This document shows positions 44,176 to 54,016 of a stretch of DNA of 64,000 bases, piece after piece. The notes below the pieces were generated by a model that was given only the letters and a program-made list of their open reading frames with translations, was not told the DNA's origin and did no database searches. Within the stretch, counting starts at the first letter, position 1. The number at the start of each line of letters is the position of its first letter. Source of the DNA: Clostridiales bacterium (GTDB lineage: Bacteria; Bacillota; Clostridia; Oscillospirales; CAG-272); assembly GCA_022791685.1 (NCBI GenBank), contig JAAVZO010000042.1, forward strand, positions 13,479-77,478, read 5' to 3'. The translations under genes were made by a program, and so were the position numbers.

Positions 44176-45534
44176 ATGAAAATAATAATTGTAGGCTGCG
44201 GCAAGGTAGGAGACCTGCTGACCTCATATATATCAAAAGAAGGACACGATGTCGTAGTCGTTGACACCGACTCGCAGATAATCGAAGATATCGTAAACGA
44301 GTACGATGTCATGGGTATCGCTGGAAACGGTGCGAGCAACTCAGTGCAGCTTGAGGCAGGCGCAAATAACGCAGACCTGCTTATCGCGGTCACTGCACAG
44401 GACGAACTGAATATAATGTGCTGCATGGTTGCACGCAAGCTTGGCACACGACACACTATAGCGCGTGTACGAAATCCCGACTACTCCGAGCAGATAGTAT
44501 TCATGCGCAAGGAATTCGGAATCTCGATGGCAGTAAACCCGGAATTTGACGCGGCACATGAGATATCAAGAATAATTCAGTTTCCAGCAGCGATAAAGGT
44601 TGATACATTCGCTAAAGGCCGCGTAGACCTCGTAGAAATAAAGATCGGTAAAGGTCACCCTCTCTGCGGACGCAGACTTAGCGAGCTGTCAAGCGTATAT
44701 GGAGTCAGCATACTTGTATGCGCGGTAAGACGCGGCGATGAAGTAACGATACCTTCCGGCGACTTCATAACAGAAGCCGATGACATTCTCCATATAACCG
44801 CACCTCATTCTGAGTTAGCTGCATTCTTTAAAAAGCTCGGAATAGCCGAAAAGCGCATTCGCAGCGTAATGATAATCGGCGGCGGAAAAATTGCATTCTT
44901 CCTTTCAAAAATGCTTATCTCGCTCGGAATAAAAGTCAAGATAGTTGAAGCTGACCCTGAACGCGCTAATACTCTGTCGGAATTGCTTCCAAAAGCAATG
45001 GTCATTCAGGGCGATGGAACTGACAGTGATATTCTCATTGAAGAAGGCGTTGACCAAGTCGACGCTTGTGTATCGCTTACTGGAATCGATGAAGAAAATA
45101 TCATAATCTCGATGTTTGCCGGTACACGCAAGGTCGATAAGGTAATCACTAAGATCAACCACCTAAACATGATGAAAATGCTCTCATCTATCGGACTTGA
45201 ATGTATAGTATCACCAAAAAATATATCAGCAAACAATATTTTGCGATATCTGCGTGGTATCGAAAATTCAGACGGAAGCAGCATTCAGACACTGTATAAG
45301 ATAGTCGATGGCAAGGCAGAAGCACTTGAATTCATCGCAGCCGAAAGCTTCGGATATCTGAGTATGCCGATCAAAGACATTAAATTAAAGAAAAATCTGC
45401 TGCTCGCCTGCATTATCCGTCAAAGTAAAATAATTTACCCGCACGGAAGCGATACAATAGAGCTCGGAGACAGCGTGATCGTTGTCGCAAAGAGCGATGA
45501 CGCACTGCGCGGTCTTGAAGACATAATCGCCTGA
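44176..45534 (+). CDS. trkA: Trk-system potassium uptake protein TrkA (two RCK/NAD-binding repeats)
   Basis: The start was set at MKIIIVGCGKVG (ATG 44176, GGAGGA RBS). A second Rossmann motif VMIIGGGKIAFF lies at mid-protein. Confidence 0.9.
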   Translation: MKIIIVGCGKVGDLLTSYISKEGHDVVVVDTDSQIIEDIVNEYDVMGIAGNGASNSVQLEAGANNADLLIAVTAQDELNIMCCMVARKLGTRHTIARVRNPDYSEQIVFMRKEFGISMAVNPEFDAAHEISRIIQFPAAIKVDTFAKGRVDLVEIKIGKGHPLCGRRLSELSSVYGVSILVCAVRRGDEVTIPSGDFITEADDILHITAPHSELAAFFKKLGIAEKRIRSVMIIGGGKIAFFLSKMLISLGIKVKIVEADPERANTLSELLPKAMVIQGDGTDSDILIEEGVDQVDACVSLTGIDEENIIISMFAGTRKVDKVITKINHLNMMKMLSSIGLECIVSPKNISANNILRYLRGIENSDGSSIQTLYKIVDGKAEALEFIAAESFGYLSMPIKDIKLKKNLLLACIIRQSKIIYPHGSDTIELGDSVIVVAKSDDALRGLEDIIA

Positions 45535-45587
45535 CAGACAATCTTTCAGGCATAATTATAACGTATCAAAAAGGATTTTCATAAATT

Positions 45588-47042
45588 ATGAACTACAGAA
45601 TGATATCGTATATAGTCGGACAGATCGTGCGCGTAGAGGGAATTCTGATGATCCCCGCACTTGTCGTCGGATTTATATATGATGAAAACGTACTCGCTGC
45701 GTTTCTGATACCGATTGCACTCTCAATAATATCAGGCACGCTGCTGACCATAAAAAAGCCTGCGAACACTTCAATATTCGCGAAAGAGGGCTTTGTCACA
45801 GTCGGACTGTCATGGATAGTCATGTCAATAATCGGCGCACTTCCATTTGTGATAGACGGCTGTATACCATCGTTTATCGACGCATTTTTCGAAACCGTAT
45901 CCGGCTTCACTACAACTGGAGCAAGTATACTAACAGAAGTCGAATCACTCGGATATGCAGTGCTGTTCTGGCGCAGCTTCACACACTGGATAGGCGGTAT
46001 GGGAGTACTGGTATTCGTGCTTGCTATACTTCCGCAGGCTGACACTCGTTCGGTAAAGCTAATGCACGTAATGCGCGCCGAAGTCCCCGGACCTAAGGTC
46101 GGCAAGCTCGTGTCGAAAATTGGACGCACCGCACGTATAATGTATGGACTTTACGTCGCCCTGACATTTATTCAGGTAGCGCTGCTGCTGTTCGGAGGAA
46201 TGCCGCTATTCGACAGCCTTGTGAACTCATTTGCAACTGCTGGAACTGGAGGATTTGCGATTAAAAATGCAAGTATCGCCGCCTACAACAGCGCCTATAT
46301 TGACTATGTTATCGGAATATTCATGGTGCTGTTCGGAATCAACTTCAACCTGTTCTATCTACTGATAATCGGGCATTTTGCTCAGGCGTTCAAAAGCGAA
46401 GAGCTGCGCTGGTATATCGCCATTGTACTTGGCTCTACCGCACTTATAGCCGCCGATATATACAGCATTTTCGGAAGCGTCGGCGAGTCAATACGCTATG
46501 CTTTCTTTCAAGTCGCATCTGTCATCACGACGACCGGATTTGCGACCTACGACTACAACACGTGGCCTGCACTATCTAAAATAATACTCGTAATGCTGAT
46601 GTTCTGCGGTGCCTGTGCGGGCTCTACCGGCGGCGGAATCAAGGTCGGCCGAATAATACTGCTGGTCAAAAACGGACTGCGTGAGATAAAATATATGCTT
46701 CACCCGCGCGCAGTTGTATCTATACGTATGGAGGACAAGCCGGTCGAGCGTGATGTGATACGCAGTGCGACCTCGTATATGATAGTATATATCATGCTTT
46801 TCAGTGTGTCGATGTTCTTTATTGAAATGATAGAAGAATGCGACCTCGTTACCGGATTTACCGCGGTTTCTGCCTGCCTCAACAATATCGGACCAGGACT
46901 TGAAGCAGTCGGTCCTGCCGGCAACTACGCAGCACTGACTGGAGCGTCAAAGCTGATACTCTCGTTTAATATGCTCGCCGGACGACTTGAGATATTCCCT
47001 CTCTTAATGCTGTTCGCGCCGTCGACATGGAGAAATCACTGA
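45588..47042 (+). CDS. trkH: Trk-type potassium transporter membrane subunit TrkH
   Basis: Multi-pass membrane protein with repeated selectivity-filter-like TTTG/TAGTGG/STGGG motifs. Confidence 0.9.
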   Translation: MNYRMISYIVGQIVRVEGILMIPALVVGFIYDENVLAAFLIPIALSIISGTLLTIKKPANTSIFAKEGFVTVGLSWIVMSIIGALPFVIDGCIPSFIDAFFETVSGFTTTGASILTEVESLGYAVLFWRSFTHWIGGMGVLVFVLAILPQADTRSVKLMHVMRAEVPGPKVGKLVSKIGRTARIMYGLYVALTFIQVALLLFGGMPLFDSLVNSFATAGTGGFAIKNASIAAYNSAYIDYVIGIFMVLFGINFNLFYLLIIGHFAQAFKSEELRWYIAIVLGSTALIAADIYSIFGSVGESIRYAFFQVASVITTTGFATYDYNTWPALSKIILVMLMFCGACAGSTGGGIKVGRIILLVKNGLREIKYMLHPRAVVSIRMEDKPVERDVIRSATSYMIVYIMLFSVSMFFIEMIEECDLVTGFTAVSACLNNIGPGLEAVGPAGNYAALTGASKLILSFNMLAGRLEIFPLLMLFAPSTWRNH

Positions 47043-47067
47043 TTAACAGGACTAATCGAATAAAATT

Positions 47068-47101
47068 GCGCATATCTATTTACATATGCGCGATTTTGTG
47101 T
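47068..47101 (+). terminator. Terminator after trkH
   Basis: Stem gcgcatat / atatgcgc (47068-47075 / 47084-47091) followed by gattttgtgtt. Confidence 0.55.
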
Positions 47102-47141
47102 TAGAATTATATTGTGGCAAATAATCTTATGGAGCAACACT

Positions 47142-47669
47142 ATGGTCATATTGATAGCAGGCGCGTCGCACACTGGAAAAACAGCTCTGGCTCAGAGGCT
47201 GCTCGAAAAATATAAATATCCATATCTTTCGATAGACCATCTGAAAATGGGCCTCATTCGCAGCAATAATACCTCACTCAAACCGGATAGCGACGATAAA
47301 GCGTTGACCGATTATCTATGGAACATCGTTAAGGAAATTGTCAAAACAGCTGTTGAGAATAAGCAGGATCTGATAATTGAGGGCTGCTATATCCCATACA
47401 ACTGGACTGAGAGCTTCAATGATGATTACCTAAAGCATATCAAATATCGCTGCTTAGTTATGAGCGAGACCTATATAAGAAATCATTTCGGCGATATTAA
47501 AAAATATGCCAGCACGATCGAAGATCGTCTCGATGATTCATACTGTACGATCGAAACTCTGCTTCACGACAACGATGAATCGCTTCGGATGTGTAAGCTG
47601 TACAACGCCGATTACATTTTGATTGACGATACCTATAATGTAGATATAGCCTTACAACTGCTCGATTAA
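47142..47669 (+). CDS. Small P-loop NTPase / putative kinase (175 aa)
   Basis: The start was set at MVILIAGASHTGKTALAQ (Walker A GASHTGKT) with a GGAG RBS. The size and N-terminus resemble 2-phosphoglycerate-kinase-like or adenylate-kinase-like P-loop proteins. Confidence 0.55.
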   Translation: MVILIAGASHTGKTALAQRLLEKYKYPYLSIDHLKMGLIRSNNTSLKPDSDDKALTDYLWNIVKEIVKTAVENKQDLIIEGCYIPYNWTESFNDDYLKHIKYRCLVMSETYIRNHFGDIKKYASTIEDRLDDSYCTIETLLHDNDESLRMCKLYNADYILIDDTYNVDIALQLLD

Positions 47670-47724
47670 ATAAAGCTACACCATATTAAAGAAATGAAAA
47701 AATAGACAAGAAAGGAATATGATC

Positions 47725-49368
47725 ATGCCTATCAGAACAAAAATAATCCCGTCGATTGAAAAGTGCTTCCTTGATGAAAGCATTCTATCAAAGCCGCAGC
47801 TTTCGGAGATCTCGATGCTCCGCAACGAGCGGCTCTCGTTCCAGTTCGCGTACATCTACGATGATGTGAACCTTGGTCATAAGCAGCACTCATCGCTCGT
47901 AGTCGAGAGTCCGATTGCCGATTACATTAAAATCGCACTCATCGAATCTGTACCAGTAGCTCTTCCAGCTTACCCGCACGCCTTCGATGACAACTATCTG
48001 CGCACGACTCCCGGTCTCTATCCCGACCTGCTGATCCCGTTCGACACCAAGCTTCCGCTTGTTCTCGTCTACAATCAGCTGCGTTCTCTGCTCATAACCA
48101 TTGAAAACACCGATGGAATCGAGCCCGGTGAATATCCGGTAAATATCAGCGTGGTACTCGGTGAGAATAAGGTCACATCCACAATCAACGTAAAGGTAGT
48201 CGACGCAATGCTTCCTGAACAGGAGCTGATCCATACTCAGTGGTTCCACAACGACTGTATCGCTACATACTATAACTGCGACATTTTCTCTGAGCGTCAC
48301 TGGGAGCTTATCGGAAATTATATGGAAGCTGCACACAACTGTGGAGTAAATATGATCCTTACTCCAGTGCTCACTCCTCCGCTCGATACCGCTGTAGGAC
48401 ATGAGCGTCCGACTGTTCAGCTCGTTGATATCGACGTTGTTGATGGCACATACAAATTCGGTTACGACAAACTAGACCGCTATGTAAAGCTCGCACTCGA
48501 CAGTGGAATGAAGTATTTCGAGATCTCACACTTCTTCTCGCAGTGGGGCGCTATCCACGCACCAAAAGTAATGGCGACTGTTGACGGCGAGTATAAGCGT
48601 ATATTCGGCTGGGATACCGATTCGACCGGTGAAGAATATAAGACATTCATACGCGCATTTGTATCGAGTCTCGTTGACCATCTGAAGCTGCTCGGAGTCG
48701 ATAAACAGTGCTGGTTCCATATTTCAGATGAACCGGGTCTTGACCAACTCGAAAGCTATAAAGCAGCAAAGGCGCTTGTAGCTGACCTGCTCGACGGATA
48801 TAAGCTTATGGACGCGCTATCGAGCTACGAATTTTACGAGACCGGTGCTTGTGATATTCCTGTTCCATGCAACAATCATGTCGCTAAATTTATCGAAAAC
48901 AATGTTCCAAACCTTTGGACATATTACTGCTGCAGCCAGAATAAAGAGGTTTCGAACCGCTTCCTCGCAATGCCGGGTCAGCGTACACGAATCCTCGGTG
49001 AGCAGCTCTATAAGTTCGATATCAAGGGATTCCTCCAGTGGGGCTTCAACTTCTGGTACAGCCAAGGCTCGCTTCACCCGATCAATCCTTTTACCGATAC
49101 TTGTGGTGATTATTTCGTACCGGCAGGAGACGCATATTCGGTATATCCCGGTCAGGACGGAAAGGCGCTATACTCACTCCATGCCGTACACTTCTACGAG
49201 GCATTGCAGGATCAGCGCGCACTCAAGCTGCTTGAAGCTAAGATAGGACGCGAAAAGGTACTCGAGCTCATCGAAGAAAACTGCACTGAGCCGATGACAT
49301 TCTCAAAATATCCGCACTCGCGCGAATATCTCCTTGCACTCCGTGAAAAGGTAAATTCGCTGCTCTGA
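47725..49368 (+). CDS. Intracellular glycoside-hydrolase-like protein (possibly the DUF4091 family; recollection, unverified)
   Basis: The start was set at MPIRTK (ATG 47725), 8 nt after AGGA. There is no signal peptide. An N-terminal beta-sandwich-like region is followed by a TIM-barrel-like region (WFHISDEP). Confidence 0.45.
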   Translation: MPIRTKIIPSIEKCFLDESILSKPQLSEISMLRNERLSFQFAYIYDDVNLGHKQHSSLVVESPIADYIKIALIESVPVALPAYPHAFDDNYLRTTPGLYPDLLIPFDTKLPLVLVYNQLRSLLITIENTDGIEPGEYPVNISVVLGENKVTSTINVKVVDAMLPEQELIHTQWFHNDCIATYYNCDIFSERHWELIGNYMEAAHNCGVNMILTPVLTPPLDTAVGHERPTVQLVDIDVVDGTYKFGYDKLDRYVKLALDSGMKYFEISHFFSQWGAIHAPKVMATVDGEYKRIFGWDTDSTGEEYKTFIRAFVSSLVDHLKLLGVDKQCWFHISDEPGLDQLESYKAAKALVADLLDGYKLMDALSSYEFYETGACDIPVPCNNHVAKFIENNVPNLWTYYCCSQNKEVSNRFLAMPGQRTRILGEQLYKFDIKGFLQWGFNFWYSQGSLHPINPFTDTCGDYFVPAGDAYSVYPGQDGKALYSLHAVHFYEALQDQRALKLLEAKIGREKVLELIEENCTEPMTFSKYPHSREYLLALREKVNSLL

Positions 49369-49383
49369 TTTATATGAAAATTC

Positions 49384-49413
49384 ATCCCGCTCCTAATCGA
49401 GCGGGATTTTTTC
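49384..49413 (+). terminator. Rho-independent terminator
   Basis: Stem atcccgctc / gagcgggat followed by TTTTTTC. Confidence 0.7.
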
Positions 49414-49534
49414 TGAAAAATTATTATTTTTCGAGAACCGTTTCAAATTTTTCGGCACTATATATATGTCTACAGGATATGTGGGCAAATCTAATGTAAA
49501 CGTTTACAAAATCACCCCGAATGGAGACAAGCAC

Positions 49535-51124
49535 ATGACGCAGACCGAGCTGTTTACTAACGAATATTTCGGTAAGGTATTTTACTTCTGCCTGAAAAAG
49601 ACCGGCAATCAGCATGAAGCCGAAGAGTTAGCAGGAGATATCGCGCTGAACGTCGTCGATTCGCTGGCAAAATATCCACCACCAACACATTTTTCAGCAT
49701 GGGTATGGACTATCGCGCAGCGCCGATACGCGCGTTGGGCGGGATATCGCAGCGAGTACCGCGAGCATATTATCTTATCTGACAATGAAAGCGATACACC
49801 AGAGCCAGCGTCGGATGAATCGGTCGAAAATAGCATTATCGAAAAGGAGCAATATTCACTGCTGCGGCGTGAGCTCGCGTTCATATCGAACGAATATCGC
49901 GAGTTGCTGGTCGCTTACTATATAAACGACATCAGAATAAGCGAGCTGTCGCGTCGGCTTGGGCTTCCTACGGGTACGATAAAAACCCGCTTGATGCGGG
50001 CACGAAAAATTTTGAAAGAGGGAATGGACATGGCACGAGAATTTGGAAAACGCAGCTACAATCCGGAGGATGTAAACTTTTGCGCAAGCGGAAATCAGCC
50101 AGACGGGCTTCCGTGGTCGGCGGTAAACCGAAAGATACCGAATAATATATTGCTCGAAGCGAGCAATAACCCATCGACCGCTGAGGAACTTTCGATGGAG
50201 CTTGGGATCGCGCTCCCGTACATGGAGGATGAGATAAATCGACTCGTTGACGCTACGCTGCTCGAAAAGATAGGCGACAAATATGTTACCAACTTTTTCA
50301 TCGCCGACAAGGAAACGCAGGTCGAGATATACAAAACAATGCGCCGCGATTCAATCGAGCGCTCGAAACTGTTAGCGGAAGCAATAAACGACAATTATGC
50401 GGAAATTCGCGAGCTAATCGCACCAACCTGCTCAGAGGACGACTTCAAATGGTTCGTATATATTTATGCGATCGACCGTCTTATAGCAAAAATCGATGGC
50501 TATGGAATATGGAACATATTCAAGCGTCCGAACGGCGGTAACTGGGGTTTCTGTGGATATGAACGACATGATCTTATACCGGAAAATGTCTACGTAAACC
50601 ACAATATGTGCGGTACTGATACTAACGCATGTATGGGGCAGTATTCGGTAAAAAAATACGGCTTCCCGGCATATTCATACGACGCTTCATTCAATACCGA
50701 AGCCGCCAATCTGCTCGCTGATATCGTTATGCACGACCGCGGTGAGGACAGTATAACCGAAGCTGAATCGCAGACATTTAAAGGGTTATGCAAAAAATTT
50801 GCACACATTGAAAACGGTAAAATCATACCGGATATAGTAGTATTGCGCCCGAACGTCGCAAGTAAGTTGATAGAGCTTGTTCTGTCACATCCATCCGGCA
50901 AACGCTGTCTTGATATGCTGAATGAGCTGTTCGCTGAGATACGCGAAATACTCAAACGCAACTCGAACGAAGTGCTGCACAAAACGCTGAACTACTATGT
51001 ATCAATGTTTATCTTCGACGCACGCGGTATGCTGATGAACGACAATGTGGATTCCGGCGTACTCAAAGTACCCGAAAATCCCGCAAATTCAAACGCAGGC
51101 ACATATTTATCGATCTGCGATTAA
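49535..51124 (+). CDS. Sigma-70-family (ECF-like) sigma factor with a ~340-aa C-terminal extension (529 aa); paralog of 33152-34759
   Basis: The start was set at MTQTELF (ATG 49535, GGAGA RBS). Region 2 (AEELAGDIALNVV...WVWTIAQRRYARW) and region 4 (ISELSRRLGLPTGTIKTRLMRARKILKEG) are present. The extension shares ...PSTAEELSMELGIALPYMEDEINRLVDATLLEKIGDKYVTNFFI with its paralog. Confidence 0.75.
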   Translation: MTQTELFTNEYFGKVFYFCLKKTGNQHEAEELAGDIALNVVDSLAKYPPPTHFSAWVWTIAQRRYARWAGYRSEYREHIILSDNESDTPEPASDESVENSIIEKEQYSLLRRELAFISNEYRELLVAYYINDIRISELSRRLGLPTGTIKTRLMRARKILKEGMDMAREFGKRSYNPEDVNFCASGNQPDGLPWSAVNRKIPNNILLEASNNPSTAEELSMELGIALPYMEDEINRLVDATLLEKIGDKYVTNFFIADKETQVEIYKTMRRDSIERSKLLAEAINDNYAEIRELIAPTCSEDDFKWFVYIYAIDRLIAKIDGYGIWNIFKRPNGGNWGFCGYERHDLIPENVYVNHNMCGTDTNACMGQYSVKKYGFPAYSYDASFNTEAANLLADIVMHDRGEDSITEAESQTFKGLCKKFAHIENGKIIPDIVVLRPNVASKLIELVLSHPSGKRCLDMLNELFAEIREILKRNSNEVLHKTLNYYVSMFIFDARGMLMNDNVDSGVLKVPENPANSNAGTYLSICD

Positions 51125-51132
51125 GCAGAACA

Positions 51133-51164
51133 GCGGCACACGCATGAATTCATGTGTGTGCCGC
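51133..51164 (+). terminator. Strong hairpin after the sigma gene (no U-tract)
   Basis: 14-bp stem gcggcacacgcatg / catgtgtgtgccgc with one G-U pair and loop aatt. It is followed by ctataata, so intrinsic termination is uncertain. Confidence 0.35.
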
Positions 51165-51272
51165 CTATAATATACAAATGTGGCTAAAAGTATTGACAAT
51201 CATATCATATTATGCTATAATTAAACTGCATTATAAATAATAATCTGAATAATGCAGAAAAGGAGAAATGCT

Positions 51273-52720
51273 ATGAAACGCATTACATCATGCTTTCTTT
51301 TGGCAGCACTCATGCTGACAGCGTGCCAGAACTCCGGCACTCCAACTGATAGCACAAATTCAATTACCCCCCCCCGACCGACACCGAGCCGGTTGAAACT
51401 GAACTGACTGACGGTTTGCCCGATGTTGACATGGACGGCTTCGAGCTGACCATCAACCACCAAAACCAATCTTGGTTAAACTGGGCAAAAAATGTACTCG
51501 ATGTTGAAAGTGAAAACGGCGATCTATTAAACGACGCTATCTACAAGCATAATCGCAGCATTGAAGACCGCTTTAACTGCACTATAAGCGTTGCTGAGCA
51601 AACTAAGATCGAGACGACAACTATTCAGAACGAGGTTATGGCAGGAGATTCAAACTATGACCTTTGGCTCTTTTACGATGTTTGGGCGCTGAATGTGATT
51701 GAGTATTTGCTTCCGTGGGAAAATATTCCGTACATTGATCTTGACAAGCAATGGTGGAATCCCCTTGCGTCGGAAGTATTCAACATAGGCGGAAATCAAT
51801 ATGCAGCAGCCGGAAGCTATAGTCTGAGCGTGCTTTCACGTGCTTCGGGATATATCTTTAATAAAAAGATATATGAGGAACTTAACCTTGATACCGATAT
51901 GTATCAGCTCGCTGCGGATGGTAAATGGACGATCGACCAGTTCCACAACGTAGCAAAATCAGCCTATTATGATCTAAACGGCGATACGATGATGGATGAT
52001 AGCGACAGATACGGCGTTTCTGGCTCATGGAAGGAATTTGCTAACCGCTTAATGCTCGGTGCGGGCATTCAATATATAACCAAAGATGATGAAGGTTATC
52101 CAACATTTGCACTTCCAACTGATGAGAATTCCATCAATAAGATATTAAAGCTGTATGACTTATTCACACAGTCTGAAATTTTCAATATACCATATACGAC
52201 GAATGTAAATGGGCAATTTAGTAAAGGAGATTTCGAAAAAGGCGGTACGCTGTTCACGCTTGGCAATCTAAAGGGATTGGAAGATATGCGAACATTGGAT
52301 ATAGATGTCGGATTTGTTCCATGTCCGAAATACGACGAAGCACAGGAGTGATACTATGCACCGGCATTCGGCGCAGAAATTTCAGTTCTGCTGAAAACAT
52401 TGCCAGAAGAACGATATAATAATGTAGGTATATTACTTGAAGCGTTGGCATTCGATTCCTACATAAATGTAATTCCATCATATAAAGAAATTGTGCTCAA
52501 AACAAAATCTGCACGAGATGATGAATCTGCGGCAATGATCGATATAATCATTGATTCGATCAGTTTCGAATTTGGACTCAACGCATGGCAGGATGTAGTT
52601 GCTAATCCGCTGGTAGTCGGAACGTTTGCAGCCGGCAACCCGAATATTGCTTCCACATTGGCAAGTATGGAAAACTCCGTAAATGCTGAAATAAATAGGC
52701 TGAAGGATAAGCTGAAATAA
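51273..52720 (+). pseudogene. Disrupted lipoprotein solute-binding protein gene (paralog of 15397-16860)
   Basis: AGGAGA RBS and the lipoprotein signal MKRITSCFLLAALMLTAC. The frame is lost at the C9 tract (51367-51375), and one extra C would join it to the 51416-52351 frame. An in-frame TGA at 52349-52351 then separates ...PKYDEAQE from YYAPAFGAEISVLL.... The pieces align by eye with the intact paralog along its whole length. Confidence 0.75.
51367..51375 (+). repeat. C9 homopolymer at the frameshift point of the broken SBP gene
   Basis: Direct count of nine C at 51367-51375, flanked by tta...gac. Confidence 0.95.
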
Positions 52721-52847
52721 CAGAAATTCGACCAAATATACGGCTTTCATAAAATAAATAACCAACCTCACCTGACCGCGTTGACAAACACGGTCAGGTG
52801 AGGTATAATTATTTTAATTAGATTTTCCCATGAAAGGAACATAACAA

Positions 52848-53960
52848 ATGAATAAAGTCAAAGTAATGCTCGCCGGAATCGGCGGCTACGGTGAAGGATA
52901 CGTCAGAAGGCTGTTCGAGCTCGATGACAAGGGAAAGGTATCGGTTGAGGGACTCGTCGAACCATTCCCGCAATCCTGCAAGCTGCTCGGCGATATAAAA
53001 GCGCGCGGCTGGAAAATATATAACTCTCTCAACGATTTCTACGCTGAAAAAACTTGCGAGCTCGCGGTAATATCCACTCCGATCCAGTTTCACACAAGCA
53101 TGATCATGTCGGCGCTGTCGCACGGCAGCAACGTACTCTGTGAAAAGCCGCTGACTGGCGATGTGCGCGATATTGAGAAACTCATCGAAGCGCGTGACAA
53201 AGCTGGCAAGTTCGTCATGATAGGCTATCAGTGGTCGCATAGTGACGCGATTCTCGCGATGAAGCGTGATGTGCTCGCCGGAGTATATGGCAAGCCGAAA
53301 TATCTAAAAACGCTTGTATTGTGGCCACGTGCTGAATCTTACTTCAAGCGTGGTACAGGTTGGGCTGGCAAAATCAAGGGCAGCGACGGCACACTGATAC
53401 TCGACAGCGTAGCAAACAACGCCTGTGCGCATTATCTGCACAATATATTCTTTACCATCGGCGACTCGATCGACACAAGCCTCACTCCGTCCAGCGTCAA
53501 AGCCGCGCTCTACCGAACCAATCCGATTGAAAACTTCGACACTGCGATAATCGACTGCGGCTTCGACAATGGTGCAAGATCTACTTTCATTGCTTCACAT
53601 TCGACTGAGAAGAATTTCGAACCGATATTCAACTATAGCTTTGAGAACGGAACTATCGAATATAGTGAAGGCAGCGGAAGAGTTATCGTCGGCACACTTT
53701 CAAATGGCGAGCGCCGCGAATACGGTGATCCGTTCGCAGACGGATATAATAAGCTCAATATAGCGGTTGACAATGTAAATTCTTCCGAACCGTTTATTCC
53801 ATGCGGAATTGAAACTGCGTCGGCTCAGGTACGCTGCATAGCCGAATGCGCCAAGCTTCCTATTGTGGATTTCCCAAGCGAGCGAAAGCATATCACCGCC
53901 AGTGGACTTACATATATCGAAGGACTTTATGACGAGCTGTTAGTTAAATATAATAGATAA
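52848..53960 (+). CDS. Gfo/Idh/MocA-family oxidoreductase
   Basis: N-terminal Rossmann VMLAGIGGYGEGY and the EKP motif (VLCEKPL). Confidence 0.85.
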   Translation: MNKVKVMLAGIGGYGEGYVRRLFELDDKGKVSVEGLVEPFPQSCKLLGDIKARGWKIYNSLNDFYAEKTCELAVISTPIQFHTSMIMSALSHGSNVLCEKPLTGDVRDIEKLIEARDKAGKFVMIGYQWSHSDAILAMKRDVLAGVYGKPKYLKTLVLWPRAESYFKRGTGWAGKIKGSDGTLILDSVANNACAHYLHNIFFTIGDSIDTSLTPSSVKAALYRTNPIENFDTAIIDCGFDNGARSTFIASHSTEKNFEPIFNYSFENGTIEYSEGSGRVIVGTLSNGERREYGDPFADGYNKLNIAVDNVNSSEPFIPCGIETASAQVRCIAECAKLPIVDFPSERKHITASGLTYIEGLYDELLVKYNR

Positions 53961-53966
53961 AATGAG

Positions 53967-54010
53967 ATCGGCATGATACTATATTTTGTATCATGCCGAT
54001 TTTGTTATTT
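53967..54010. terminator. Bidirectional terminator between the oxidoreductase and the CapD-like gene
   Basis: Perfect 13-bp stem atcggcatgatac / gtatcatgccgat (53967-53979 / 53988-54000) followed by tttgttattt. Confidence 0.8.
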
Positions 54011-54016
54011 AAATCA

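Noticed and set aside
52349-52351. In-frame TGA in the SBP paralog as possible selenocysteine or Trp recoding.
   Set aside because: TGA clearly terminates other genes here (for example trkA at 45532-45534 and trkH at 47040-47042). I see no SECIS-like hairpin immediately downstream, and the same gene also carries a frameshift. A nonsense mutation is the simpler reading.
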